From contig CAWCLO010000004.1 in the NCBI GenBank assembly GCA_963796455.1, positions 256,001 through 320,000 on the forward strand: 64,000 nt of DNA, read 5' to 3'. Positions 49,685 through 58,440 of the stretch are shown here, one piece after another. The notes under the pieces are model-generated. The model made no database searches and was not told the origin of the DNA. It saw nothing but the letters and a program-made list of their open reading frames with translations. The position numbers and the translations under genes were made by a program. Each line of letters begins with the position of its first letter. Within the stretch, counting starts at the first letter, position 1. The DNA comes from Candidatus Sulfomarinibacteraceae bacterium. Its GTDB lineage: Bacteria > Acidobacteriota > Thermoanaerobaculia > Thermoanaerobaculales > Sulfomarinibacteraceae.

Positions 49685-50893
49685 ATGAAAAATCTCTTTC
49701 GTTTTGTTTCCGATTCGGCGCGCCTGACCCTCCAGGGCAATCGTTGGTATTTCGCGTGGATCGGGGCGCTCCTGCTCCTGGTGATCTGGGGTGTGAGCGC
49801 CTGGTGGCAACAGGTCCAACAGGGCCTGATCGTCACCAACATGCGCGACCAGGTCTCGTGGGCCTTCTACATCGGCAACTTCACCTTTCTGGTCGGAGTC
49901 GCGGCGGCAGCTGTGATGTTGGTCATTCCGGCCTACGTCTACAACTGGAAACCGATCAAGGAGATCGCGATCTTCGGCGAGCTCCTGGCCGTCTCGGCAA
50001 TCATCATGAGCATGCTCTTCGTCCTGGTCGACGTCGGCCGGCCGGACCGCGTGTGGCACCTCATCCCCTTTGTCGGCAGCCTCAACCTCCCGAGTTCCTT
50101 ATTGGGCTGGGACGTTCTGGTTCTGAATCTCTATCTGGTGCTCAATCTGGTGATCGTTGTCTATCTTCTCTACACCGCGTACCGAAAACGGCCGTACAAT
50201 CATCGCTTCGTCGTGCCACTGCTCCTCATTTCGATCCCCGCTGCGGTCGGGATCCATACGGTCACCGCATTCGTCTATGCCGGGACGGCGGCCAGACCCT
50301 TCTGGAACTCGGCCATCCTCGCGCCCCGCTTCCTCGCGTCGGCATTCTGCTCGGGTCCTGCAATCCTCCTGATCCTGTTTCAGATTCTTCGCAAGACCAC
50401 GAAGATCGAGATCAAGGACGAGGCAATCTGGAAAATCGCCGAACTCATGGCTTACGCCATGTTTCTCAACCTTTTCCTGTTCGGCGCCGAGATCTTCCGC
50501 GAGTACTATTCGGACACCCACCACCTGATCCACACTCAGTACCTTTACAGCGGTGTCCACGGGCACAATGCCCTGGTGCCCTTCGCGTGGTTGTCGTTGT
50601 TCTGCAGCGTTCTGGCCTTCCTCCTTTTCCTGGTGCCGGCGACACGGAAGAACCTGGTGACCCTGAACCTCGGTTGCCTGCTGATCTATGCGGGTGTTTA
50701 CATCGAAAAGGGGATGGCCCTGGTGATTCCAGGGATGACCCCGGACACCCTGGGTGAAATCTACGAGTATGTGCCGACCCTGAGCGAGGTGAGAGTTGGT
50801 GCCGGGATTTTCGCCATCGGATTCCTGGTCTTCACCCTGCTCTGCAAGATCGCGATCCCGATCCTTCAGGAACCTTCGTCGGAGCCCTCCTAG
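49685..50893 (+). CDS. NrfD/PsrC/DsrP-family quinol-interacting membrane subunit
   Basis: MRDQVSWAFYIGNFTFLVGVAA, DVGRPDR, IHTVTAF, LAPRFLASAF; about 10 TM segments. Confidence 0.92.
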   Translation: MKNLFRFVSDSARLTLQGNRWYFAWIGALLLLVIWGVSAWWQQVQQGLIVTNMRDQVSWAFYIGNFTFLVGVAAAAVMLVIPAYVYNWKPIKEIAIFGELLAVSAIIMSMLFVLVDVGRPDRVWHLIPFVGSLNLPSSLLGWDVLVLNLYLVLNLVIVVYLLYTAYRKRPYNHRFVVPLLLISIPAAVGIHTVTAFVYAGTAARPFWNSAILAPRFLASAFCSGPAILLILFQILRKTTKIEIKDEAIWKIAELMAYAMFLNLFLFGAEIFREYYSDTHHLIHTQYLYSGVHGHNALVPFAWLSLFCSVLAFLLFLVPATRKNLVTLNLGCLLIYAGVYIEKGMALVIPGMTPDTLGEIYEYVPTLSEVRVGAGIFAIGFLVFTLLCKIAIPILQEPSSEPS

Positions 50894-51053
50894 GACACTT
50901 CGGGTCCCTGAGCCCCGCGCCGGTTCCGGTGGAACGAATAGTTGAGTCATAAGGGTTGTTAGGGGGATTAGGGACCATTATCATGCGCCATCCGGTCCAG
51001 GTTGGCTCTTGGTACCACCGGAGCGTTCAGATTCAAGTCTTGACGGAGGATTC

Positions 51054-52265
51054 GTGGCCGACCCCAGAGTGAGACGCTATTGCCAGGTCGCGGAGGCGCT
51101 GCGGGATGGCCAGTTCGACGTCAGTGTTCCCATCGGAACGCGAGGCGAGATTGCTGATCTCGGGCAGGCTCTTCGCGATCTGGCGCAGACCTTGAAACAA
51201 CAATCCGAAAAATCGGAAATGATCAGCAACATCACCCGGAAAATCAACGAGGGCCTAATGATCGAGGACATCCTCGATCAGGTCTATGACAATTTTTTCG
51301 CATTGATTCCTTACGACCGGATCGGTTTTGCACTCCTCGAGGACGGCAGGGCCGTGGTCCGCGCCCACTGGGCCCGATCGGAAGCCGAAGAGATCAAGTT
51401 GCCCCTCGGCTACTCGGCCGGGGTATCCGGCAGTAGCCTCGAAGAGGTCATGAAAACCCAGCAACCGCGCATTCTCAACGACCTCGAGGCCTACCTCGAC
51501 GACCACCCCAATTCAGATTCGACCCGTCGAATCGTTGATGAAGGGATGCGATCGAGTTTGACCTGTCCACTGGTCATCATGGGCCAGCCGGTCGGTTTTT
51601 TGTTCTTCTCGAGCATGCAAAAAGACACGTATCGCGACGTCCACAAAGAACTGTATCTTCAGATCGCCAGTCAGCTTGCGGTCACACTCGAAAAAAGCCG
51701 ACTCTACGAGGGTCTCCTCGAACTCACCGAGGAACTCAAAGAGGCCCGGGACTCGCTCGAACTCCTGGCCACCCGGGACAGCCTCACCGGTCTCTGGAAC
51801 CGGCGGTCCATCACCGATCTTTTGAGTCGGGATCTTTCTCGGGCCGGACGTGAAGAGCTCTCATTGGTGGCGGTCATCGTGGATGTAGACTTTTTCAAAA
51901 ACCTCAACGACACGATCGGACACCTCGCGGGTGACGAAGTTCTCAAGGAGATCACCCGTCGGATCTCCTGCACCTTGAGGACTGCGGATGTTTTCGGCAG
52001 GATCGGGGGCGAGGAGTTTCTGATCATTCTCTATCCGGCGAACGAGAAAACGGCTGTCGAGGTCATGGAGCGGGCACGTCGCGCCTGTGCCGGCACGCCG
52101 ATCAAGCTCGACGCGGGTGAGTATCAGGTGACCGTCAGTCTCGGTGCCGCGGTGGTCCAGGAATTCGAGGATATCGGTTTGGCGGACGTCCTGAAAACGG
52201 CGGATCACGCGCTGTATCGAGCCAAGAACGACGGTCGGAACAGGTCGGTAGTCGAGATGGTATAG
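51054..52265 (+). CDS. Diguanylate cyclase (HAMP-like, GAF, GGDEF)
   Basis: DSLTGLWNRR, DVDFFKNLND..GH..GD, I-site RTAD, GGEEF. Confidence 0.93.
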   Translation: MADPRVRRYCQVAEALRDGQFDVSVPIGTRGEIADLGQALRDLAQTLKQQSEKSEMISNITRKINEGLMIEDILDQVYDNFFALIPYDRIGFALLEDGRAVVRAHWARSEAEEIKLPLGYSAGVSGSSLEEVMKTQQPRILNDLEAYLDDHPNSDSTRRIVDEGMRSSLTCPLVIMGQPVGFLFFSSMQKDTYRDVHKELYLQIASQLAVTLEKSRLYEGLLELTEELKEARDSLELLATRDSLTGLWNRRSITDLLSRDLSRAGREELSLVAVIVDVDFFKNLNDTIGHLAGDEVLKEITRRISCTLRTADVFGRIGGEEFLIILYPANEKTAVEVMERARRACAGTPIKLDAGEYQVTVSLGAAVVQEFEDIGLADVLKTADHALYRAKNDGRNRSVVEMV

Positions 52266-52280
52266 TTGCGCTGCGACACG

Positions 52281-52916
52281 ATGAAAAAACTCGATATCGA
52301 CTCGTGGGACCGACGCGCTCATTTCGAAAATTTCAAAGAGTTCTCGGATCCTTTTTTTAACATAACTGCAAATGTCGACGTGTCGGAAATAGTCCATCTT
52401 TCGAAGAAAGGCGGCATTTCTTTTTTTGCTCTTTCGTTCTTTGGTGTGCTGAAAATAGTCAACGAAATCGAGAGTTTCCGATATCGAATACGTGATGGTG
52501 AGGTTGTGATCCACGATGTGATCGATGGCGGATGCACCGTCTTAAACCAAGATGAAACATTCAGTTATTGTTATTTTAAATTCATGGACGATTTGCAGAG
52601 TTTTTGCATCCATGTGGAATCAGTTATTGAAAAAAACAAGACGGAAAATAGTCTGGATCCTCGACGTGACAGGGACGACCTGATTCACGGTTCGGTCCTG
52701 CCCTGGGTTTCCTTTACAGGTTTTGAGCATGCCAAACGGCATGATATTCAGGATTCAATACCGAAGGTCGTTCTTGGTCGATATTTCCGACAAGATGGCA
52801 AATTTCAGATGCCGATTTCTGTCGCAGTACACCATGCTTTGATGGATGGTATTCACGTCGGAAGATTTTTCCAAAAATATGAAGATTATGCGAACGGAAT
52901 CAATCGAGAATTTTGA
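52281..52916 (+). CDS. CatA-like (chloramphenicol) O-acetyltransferase family protein
   Basis: W.R..HFE.F, SVLPWVSFT, IPKV..G, MPISVAVHHALMDGIHVG (catalytic HHxxxDG). Confidence 0.88.
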   Translation: MKKLDIDSWDRRAHFENFKEFSDPFFNITANVDVSEIVHLSKKGGISFFALSFFGVLKIVNEIESFRYRIRDGEVVIHDVIDGGCTVLNQDETFSYCYFKFMDDLQSFCIHVESVIEKNKTENSLDPRRDRDDLIHGSVLPWVSFTGFEHAKRHDIQDSIPKVVLGRYFRQDGKFQMPISVAVHHALMDGIHVGRFFQKYEDYANGINREF

Positions 52917-52920
52917 TTTC

Positions 52921-52956
52921 AAAAAAAAAGCGGGATTCCGATTCGGGAATCCCGCT
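52921..52956 (-). terminator. Intrinsic terminator for the 52980-53777 gene, possibly bidirectional
   Basis: 11-bp stem AGCGGGATTCC / GGAATCCCGCT with an adjacent A tract (U tract on the minus strand). Confidence 0.8.
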
Positions 52957-52979
52957 GATTCCATTACTCGAAACAGTCT

Positions 52980-53777
52980 CTAGTTTTTATCCGCATCGCT
53001 GCCACCAAGGTGGACGATCATCAGGATCTGGTCTTTGTGCGACTTCCATTCCACGATTTCAGTGAATTTTGCCATCTGTTCATCGCTGAAACTCTTTGCG
53101 AATTCTTTGTCGATCGTATCCTTGGCTGAAAGATCGGCAATCGACGTCCAGGCGAGATGGGAGAATCCGAAATCGCCGTGAAGCGCATGGCTGAATACGC
53201 CGAAACCCTGCACGGTCCCGTTCGCCATCAGCTTTTCCATGATCGGCACGACGCTCTCTTCATACAATTTGACGAACTCGGCCCCTTTGCCGGGTTTGAC
53301 GGTCCAATAACCCACATCGAAGTAACGCGGTTGCTTCTTCGGTTCGGGATCGACCCGGTGGATATCGTGGAGAACGACCCAATCGTGGTGGGAACCAGCC
53401 TCAGTTGACTCGGCGTAGTTTTTTTGGCCTTCCATCATTTGCTCGGGGGTGCGTTTGGCGAAGAGTCCCTCGAAGCCGGCTTGGATCTTCCCGATTCCGC
53501 TCCAATCGGCAAAATTTGTCCACAAAAGGTAGTTCCATTGGTCGTCGAGATTGTGGTTGATCGGAATCGCGATTCCCCATGAGCTGATGGCTCCGGAAGC
53601 GAGGAGTTCGTCATACATCGGGCCGTCTTCTTTGATCGAGGCGGCAATCAGGTTGCGGCTCTTGCCTGATTTCGTGTTTTCGAGGGCGACCCACCCCATC
53701 GAACCGTCTTGGGCCGATGCGCATGGAACGAGGCTCAGAGCCAGGAACAGAACGAGTGAGATACCGATTTTCTTCAT
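52980..53777 (-). CDS. Secreted protein with two NIPSNAP-like alpha/beta-barrel-type repeats
   Basis: GGAGGAG RBS, signal peptide ASA-Q, duplicated K.GK...P....L.A.G.(I/V)..(W/F)G..H.D pattern. Confidence 0.65.
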   Translation of the reverse strand: MKKIGISLVLFLALSLVPCASAQDGSMGWVALENTKSGKSRNLIAASIKEDGPMYDELLASGAISSWGIAIPINHNLDDQWNYLLWTNFADWSGIGKIQAGFEGLFAKRTPEQMMEGQKNYAESTEAGSHHDWVVLHDIHRVDPEPKKQPRYFDVGYWTVKPGKGAEFVKLYEESVVPIMEKLMANGTVQGFGVFSHALHGDFGFSHLAWTSIADLSAKDTIDKEFAKSFSDEQMAKFTEIVEWKSHKDQILMIVHLGGSDADKN

Positions 53778-54036
53778 GAATACTCCTCCAGAGTTTCTGC
53801 AAGGGCGAAACGGCCCTCGGGTTCGTGCTCCGGTTCCGTCGCCGTGGCGGCCGGTGCGTTCAAATTTTCAGGTTTGAGACTCAGTATCGAAACAATAGCA
53901 TTCCGCAAATCCGGATGCAAGAATTTTCCTGAGTCCATATGCCGAGATTTCGGATGTGCTGAATCTCTTGCCGGGACACACGACCCAGGAGCGGCGGCAC
54001 CGGTTGGCATGACTCCCGTTGCGCGCTCCGGGCGGT

Positions 54037-54065
54037 TTGACAAGCTATCCGCTCGAGTCCATATT
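54037..54065 (+). promoter_or_regulatory. Putative sigma70 promoter of the gasdermin-like gene
   Basis: TTGACA-N17-CATATT. Confidence 0.5.
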
Positions 54066-54149
54066 CGGAGTCAGCCCAGATCTCGGACAACCCGCCGCTC
54101 GATGCCCTGTGTGTGCTTCCGACGATTCATGGGATGAATGGAGGGAAAC

Positions 54150-54767
54150 ATGGCGCAGCTCGAATTTCCACAATTCCTCAGGCGATACGGCATCAGGATG
54201 CTCGTGACGAGCACCCCCGACATCATTCCCGGGGCCATCATCGAGAGGCGAAGGAAGGGCTACTTCAAGTTCGGCCACCTCCGCGAGGTGATCGGTGGAA
54301 CCTCTGCAAGTTGGAGGACCACCCTCGAACCGGCCAATTTCATCTATGGTTCGGTGGAACGAAGCCTGAGCCTCGCCAACCGGGCCAGCCTCAACGAATT
54401 CGGGGTGATCATCGGCGGCGGGCTGAGTCGGGCGAAAAAGGTCACCTTTGATATCCAAAACGTGCAGGCCCGAATCTTTGTCAAACGCAGCAAATTGAGC
54501 CTGTTACCCGAGCTTTTTGCCGTACGGCAAAAGGACCGGAGGATGTGGAAGAGAACCCTCAATGACAAGTGGGTCGCCGACTACACCTATTATGCGACCG
54601 AGGTCCGATTCAGCTTCGACACTGAGGTCGGGGTGGATCTCCAAGCCGATCTCAGCGATCGGATCGTGGTTTCGGCCGACAGCGCCATCGAGTGGAAATC
54701 CAAGGGAAGTTTCGTGGTGACCAACACCATCGATGTGCCTTTCGGATTCTCCGGCTGGAAACTCTGA
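54150..54767 (+). CDS. Gasdermin-like pore-forming domain protein (205 aa, no C-terminal inhibitory region)
   Basis: GGAGGG RBS; motif order resembles bacterial gasdermins as recalled: FLRRYGIRML...DIIPGAII, FGHLREVI, amphipathic hairpin 1, VTFDIQNV, WVADYTYYATEVRF, hairpin 2, terminal VPFGF. Confidence 0.62.
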   Translation: MAQLEFPQFLRRYGIRMLVTSTPDIIPGAIIERRRKGYFKFGHLREVIGGTSASWRTTLEPANFIYGSVERSLSLANRASLNEFGVIIGGGLSRAKKVTFDIQNVQARIFVKRSKLSLLPELFAVRQKDRRMWKRTLNDKWVADYTYYATEVRFSFDTEVGVDLQADLSDRIVVSADSAIEWKSKGSFVVTNTIDVPFGFSGWKL

Positions 54768-54774
54768 CCAGAAA

Positions 54775-56124
54775 CTACTTCCAGAATGGAATGACGTGCC
54801 GGGTGGGTTCAGGGTCTCCAGCATTCCCCCGCGCCATTTCGCGCGACGGAGTGAGCACCACCAGGCGGTGGCCACCGGGTTGCAGAGGCTCGGTCGGGAG
54901 GTAGGCGACGAGGCACGCCAGACCCGATTCCTTCTCGCGGGAAAAAACGAACCCGGGGTCAATCTTGGCCCCGTCGAGTTCCACGACAATCAAGGATGCA
55001 AGACACTGGAGAGTGGCACTGACCGCATCTGCTTCTGGGGGTTCGGGCCGGCCGATGGCCAGACCCGGTGGGTGTAAGGGCTGCAGGTCGGGGCAGCGCT
55101 CCTTGATGAGGGGGTTGATGCGCCGGGGAGAGTATGGGATTGACAACTTGAGAAAAGATTCTTTGACGATGTCGCTCTGGATTGACGGCATCGAGGGCTC
55201 GATGGCTCCGGGGGCGCGGAGCCTTCGGTAGTGGTTGGGATCGACGCCTTCTTCACGAAGGCTCGTCGGAAAATGAACCAGATTGTCGAAGCGGATCACG
55301 CCCTCCCGGGTCAGGCTGCTCACGACGAATCCGGAGCCGAGCGCCAACATCACTCCTGTCATCGCCGCGGTGACCCGGGTGTTCGAGGTGTTGCTCTGGA
55401 GGGTGAGTTGAATATTCCCGATCCACCGCATGGGAGAGGTCACCCAGGCGATTCTGATGAGTCCGGCAATGAATTTTGCCGCTCGGCCATCAGGAAAACG
55501 AGGTCCGAGCAAACGATCCAATGGTCCTGAGATCACCTGAATACCCAGAACCAGACCGAGGGTGGCCCAGAAGATCTCGACTGCATAGCGCCCGGCGAAA
55601 ACGGTCGCTGACAACAAAAAACTCGCGATGGCTGCGATCAAAAGCAACCCGACGGAGTAAAGAAAGACCACGACGAGCAAGAAACCAAAACCGAAAATCA
55701 AACTGCAGAGATCGTCGGTGCGCTCGATGGCCCTGGCCAGTGGCGGCAGCTTGCGTTGGGCGAGATCCTTGAAAAAGGGCCCCGCCTTGAGGTCTTTCCA
55801 CTTGACTCCGCCCGGAAAAACGCTCTCGAGACCGACCAGACCGATCCAGAACGCCCTCATCGCCAGGTGGAGCAAGAAAGTGCCGATCAGCGAATAGAGG
55901 ACGAGGTTGAAGTAGCCCTGCCCATAAACCATCACCAGCCTGTGATGGCCTTCGAGTCCGGCATCTACACGATCGAAAAACCGCGACACGACCGGGATCA
56001 GTCGGAAAAGACCGAAGACGACCGCTCCGGATATCAGGAGCTCGGCTTCATAGGTCCTCGTGTGAAGCCCGCTAAAACGGCTCTCCGCCGCTTCCGGCCC
56101 TGTGGTCTCGTCGGAATTCTTCAT
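54775..56124 (-). CDS. Polytopic membrane protein of unknown function
   Basis: ELLISGAVVF, LHLAMRAFWIGLVGLESVFPGG, DDLCSLIF; several TM segments plus a soluble C-terminal domain. Confidence 0.75.
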   Translation of the reverse strand: MKNSDETTGPEAAESRFSGLHTRTYEAELLISGAVVFGLFRLIPVVSRFFDRVDAGLEGHHRLVMVYGQGYFNLVLYSLIGTFLLHLAMRAFWIGLVGLESVFPGGVKWKDLKAGPFFKDLAQRKLPPLARAIERTDDLCSLIFGFGFLLVVVFLYSVGLLLIAAIASFLLSATVFAGRYAVEIFWATLGLVLGIQVISGPLDRLLGPRFPDGRAAKFIAGLIRIAWVTSPMRWIGNIQLTLQSNTSNTRVTAAMTGVMLALGSGFVVSSLTREGVIRFDNLVHFPTSLREEGVDPNHYRRLRAPGAIEPSMPSIQSDIVKESFLKLSIPYSPRRINPLIKERCPDLQPLHPPGLAIGRPEPPEADAVSATLQCLASLIVVELDGAKIDPGFVFSREKESGLACLVAYLPTEPLQPGGHRLVVLTPSREMARGNAGDPEPTRHVIPFWK

Positions 56125-56236
56125 GGTGCTCGATCGAAAGATATCACGCTCCGGGTCCCGTGATTTGGCTCACTGTTCGCCAGCGTTTGATTCGCGATAC
56201 ACTCGGGGGGAGATCTTCCCGAAGGGAACCAGCACA

Positions 56237-56488
56237 TTGAGTTCGGACGACCCGAAACCCGGCGGCCGACAGACCCTTGACGACATCATGGGTCGGGTGG
56301 GGGAGACCGAATTCTCGGTCCGTCACCGGCGGGTTCCGGCAATCCCGGAGACCGGCGCCCACGTCAGCCCGGAGGTTCTCGCCTCGGTGCCGCCGAAATC
56401 GCGATATGTCCGGCGTTGGCGGCGCCACGCCCGGCAGTGCCTTCCGTGCGCCAACGTCTTCCGCTATTTCGGGCTGTCGCTCGACTGA
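56237..56488 (+). CDS. Small protein with an HxxxCxxC (zf-HC2-like) motif
   Basis: RHARQCLPC; fills an intergenic gap; TTG start uncertain. Confidence 0.4.
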   Translation: MSSDDPKPGGRQTLDDIMGRVGETEFSVRHRRVPAIPETGAHVSPEVLASVPPKSRYVRRWRRHARQCLPCANVFRYFGLSLD

Positions 56489-58002
56489 GCTGGTGAGAGC
56501 CGCAGCTCACCGTGCTCGGCCAGGATATTCGCCGCGTTGTTGTTCTCCGAATTGAGTTCGAGTGATCGTCGATAGTTGGCCAGACCTTTTTCCCGGAGGC
56601 CCTTCATGAGCTGAGCTTCGCCGAGGCTGTCAAAGACGTTCCAGGCTTCGGGGTAGAGTTCGGCGTTGAGTTCGAAAAGAACAAGGGCCTCGTCGAGCCG
56701 GTCGCGTCCGAGCAGCCAGTAGCCGAGGTCGTTGACTACTGCTTCAGCAACAATATGATCGTTTCCATCGGCTTCGAGTTGGCGAATATATCCGACGCCG
56801 TCCGCGGCACCTCCTGAGTACACCGCTTGAGAGAAACGAAATTCCGGGCTGTCGTGCTGGGGGTAGTTGAGGAGGGAACTGTAGAGAATCGGATGACCGG
56901 GTCCCATCGATGTATCGATCAGATCGTCCAGGATGCTGAGGCCGTTATATGCGTTGGCGAAATAGACGATCGCGTTGCCTTGGGCCGGATCTGCCAGGAA
57001 AAAGGCCTTGCTGTTCCCGTTGTCCCCCCAATGAAAGGCGTTGACTCCCGTTGCCGACTCCTCGAGACCGACCCCAAGACCCCAAAACACCGACCTTCCT
57101 TCGGGAACCTCGATCTGGGGTCGGAGAAAATCAGCAGAGCTTGCCTTGGAAAGTCCGGCTCCAGTCATTAAAGCGACGACAAAGCGGGCATAGTCGTCGG
57201 CGGTGGTGAGTAGGCTTCCGGCGGCGTGAGACTTTGCGTTTTCGATTCTCCGATCGAGGTTTTCGGGTCGTGGCGCGAGTTCTCCCGCGGAGTCGTGCGG
57301 CCAGGCGTAATCCTCGAGAATTGCCGTCGATGGGCTGAAGGTCGAGCGGTTCATCAAGAGTGGCTCGAAGGTGAGCTCTCGCACGAGATCCTCGAGCGAG
57401 GACCCGGTCAGTTCTTCGACCACCATTTGCAGCAGTCCAAAGCCCTCGCCGGAATAGGAGAAGCGTTCGCCGGGATCGAACTGGATCCGCAGATCCTGGT
57501 CCCGCCGCCAGTTTGGAAAACCGGTGGTGTGGTTGAGGACGTGGCGGGCGGTTATGGTTGCGGCCCGCGGGTCATCAAATGTTGTGCCGAGGTGCTTCTC
57601 CCTGGCCGTTGCCTCGCCAACATAATCGAGGAGGGGAGTGTCGAGATCGAGCAGTCCGTGTTCCACCAGCTGCAGCACCGTGTAGGCGAAAACCGGTTTG
57701 CTGAGACTGGCAGCCTGGAAGACCGTGGTGTTTTCGACAATCGATCCGCGGTCTGCATCCTTCGTCCCAAAGGCACTGCACCACGCAATTTCATAGTTGT
57801 GGATCCAACAGACGCTGGTGCCCGGGATCTTTCCGTCGATCATCAAATCAGGAAGATCACTCTCCAGCTTGGCCGGTATCTGAATGAAATCCTGTTCTGG
57901 TTGCGATGCAACCTCGGACTGTGGCGTGCCGGGAGAGCAGGCGAAGGTCAGTGGGACGAGAAGAGCCAACCGCAATAGAATCATCTGGAGTTGTTGCCGC
58001 AT
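56464..58002 (-). CDS. Beta-lactamase-fold serine hydrolase with C-terminal TPR (probable lipoprotein)
   Basis: GGAGG RBS, lipobox LTFAC, SLSK, HTTGFPNW, YSGEG, HWG; TPR (NDLGY..NVFDSLGEA). Confidence 0.9.
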   Translation of the reverse strand: MRQQLQMILLRLALLVPLTFACSPGTPQSEVASQPEQDFIQIPAKLESDLPDLMIDGKIPGTSVCWIHNYEIAWCSAFGTKDADRGSIVENTTVFQAASLSKPVFAYTVLQLVEHGLLDLDTPLLDYVGEATAREKHLGTTFDDPRAATITARHVLNHTTGFPNWRRDQDLRIQFDPGERFSYSGEGFGLLQMVVEELTGSSLEDLVRELTFEPLLMNRSTFSPSTAILEDYAWPHDSAGELAPRPENLDRRIENAKSHAAGSLLTTADDYARFVVALMTGAGLSKASSADFLRPQIEVPEGRSVFWGLGVGLEESATGVNAFHWGDNGNSKAFFLADPAQGNAIVYFANAYNGLSILDDLIDTSMGPGHPILYSSLLNYPQHDSPEFRFSQAVYSGGAADGVGYIRQLEADGNDHIVAEAVVNDLGYWLLGRDRLDEALVLFELNAELYPEAWNVFDSLGEAQLMKGLREKGLANYRRSLELNSENNNAANILAEHGELRLSPAQSSDSPK

Positions 58003-58089
58003 CGATCCTCCATGAGTATTTGTCCAGAGGAGATGTACGGCCTCCCGGGCTCTGAGTTTATTGGTCAACCGGGATGCATTGACCGGGTT

Positions 58090-58343
58090 CAGTGTCCAGG
58101 GACAGGGACGGGGACAGGGAACAGCGACGGGGAACAGCGACCAGGTGACTGTCGTGGCGTGGCGCTTGCTCAAGCCAAAGACATGATTCCGGATCTCCAT
58201 ACCAGTCAGGCTGGACGCCGTCGCTGCCGCTGATCGCTGTGCCTGCCGCTGAACGCCGCCCCTGAACACTGCCCGCTGCCGCTGTCCGCCGTTCCCCGTC
58301 GCTGTCCTGATTGCCGTCTGAGACGCTGTGTTGGACAAGAGTG
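58090..58343. mobile_element. Internally deleted copy of the MITE-like family
   Basis: Perfect 9-bp direct repeat GACCGGGTT at 58081-58089 and 58344-58352; CA..TG ends; right end is a reverse-complement homologue of 26129-26172. Confidence 0.78.
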
Positions 58344-58440
58344 GACCGGGTTTTTGCAACGGAAAACCTTCGTTCCAGCAATGACCCTCTCCAAACCGGC
58401 GCCTATAATGCCCTGGAGCGCGGGCATCAGCATGTGACTC

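Noticed and set aside
56464..58002. Serine hydrolase-TPR (or the S9/S46 peptidases) as the gasdermin-activating protease
   Set aside because: The hydrolase and S46 peptidase are exported, none is a caspase/CHAT-type protease, none is co-transcribed, and the gasdermin-like protein has no tail to cleave
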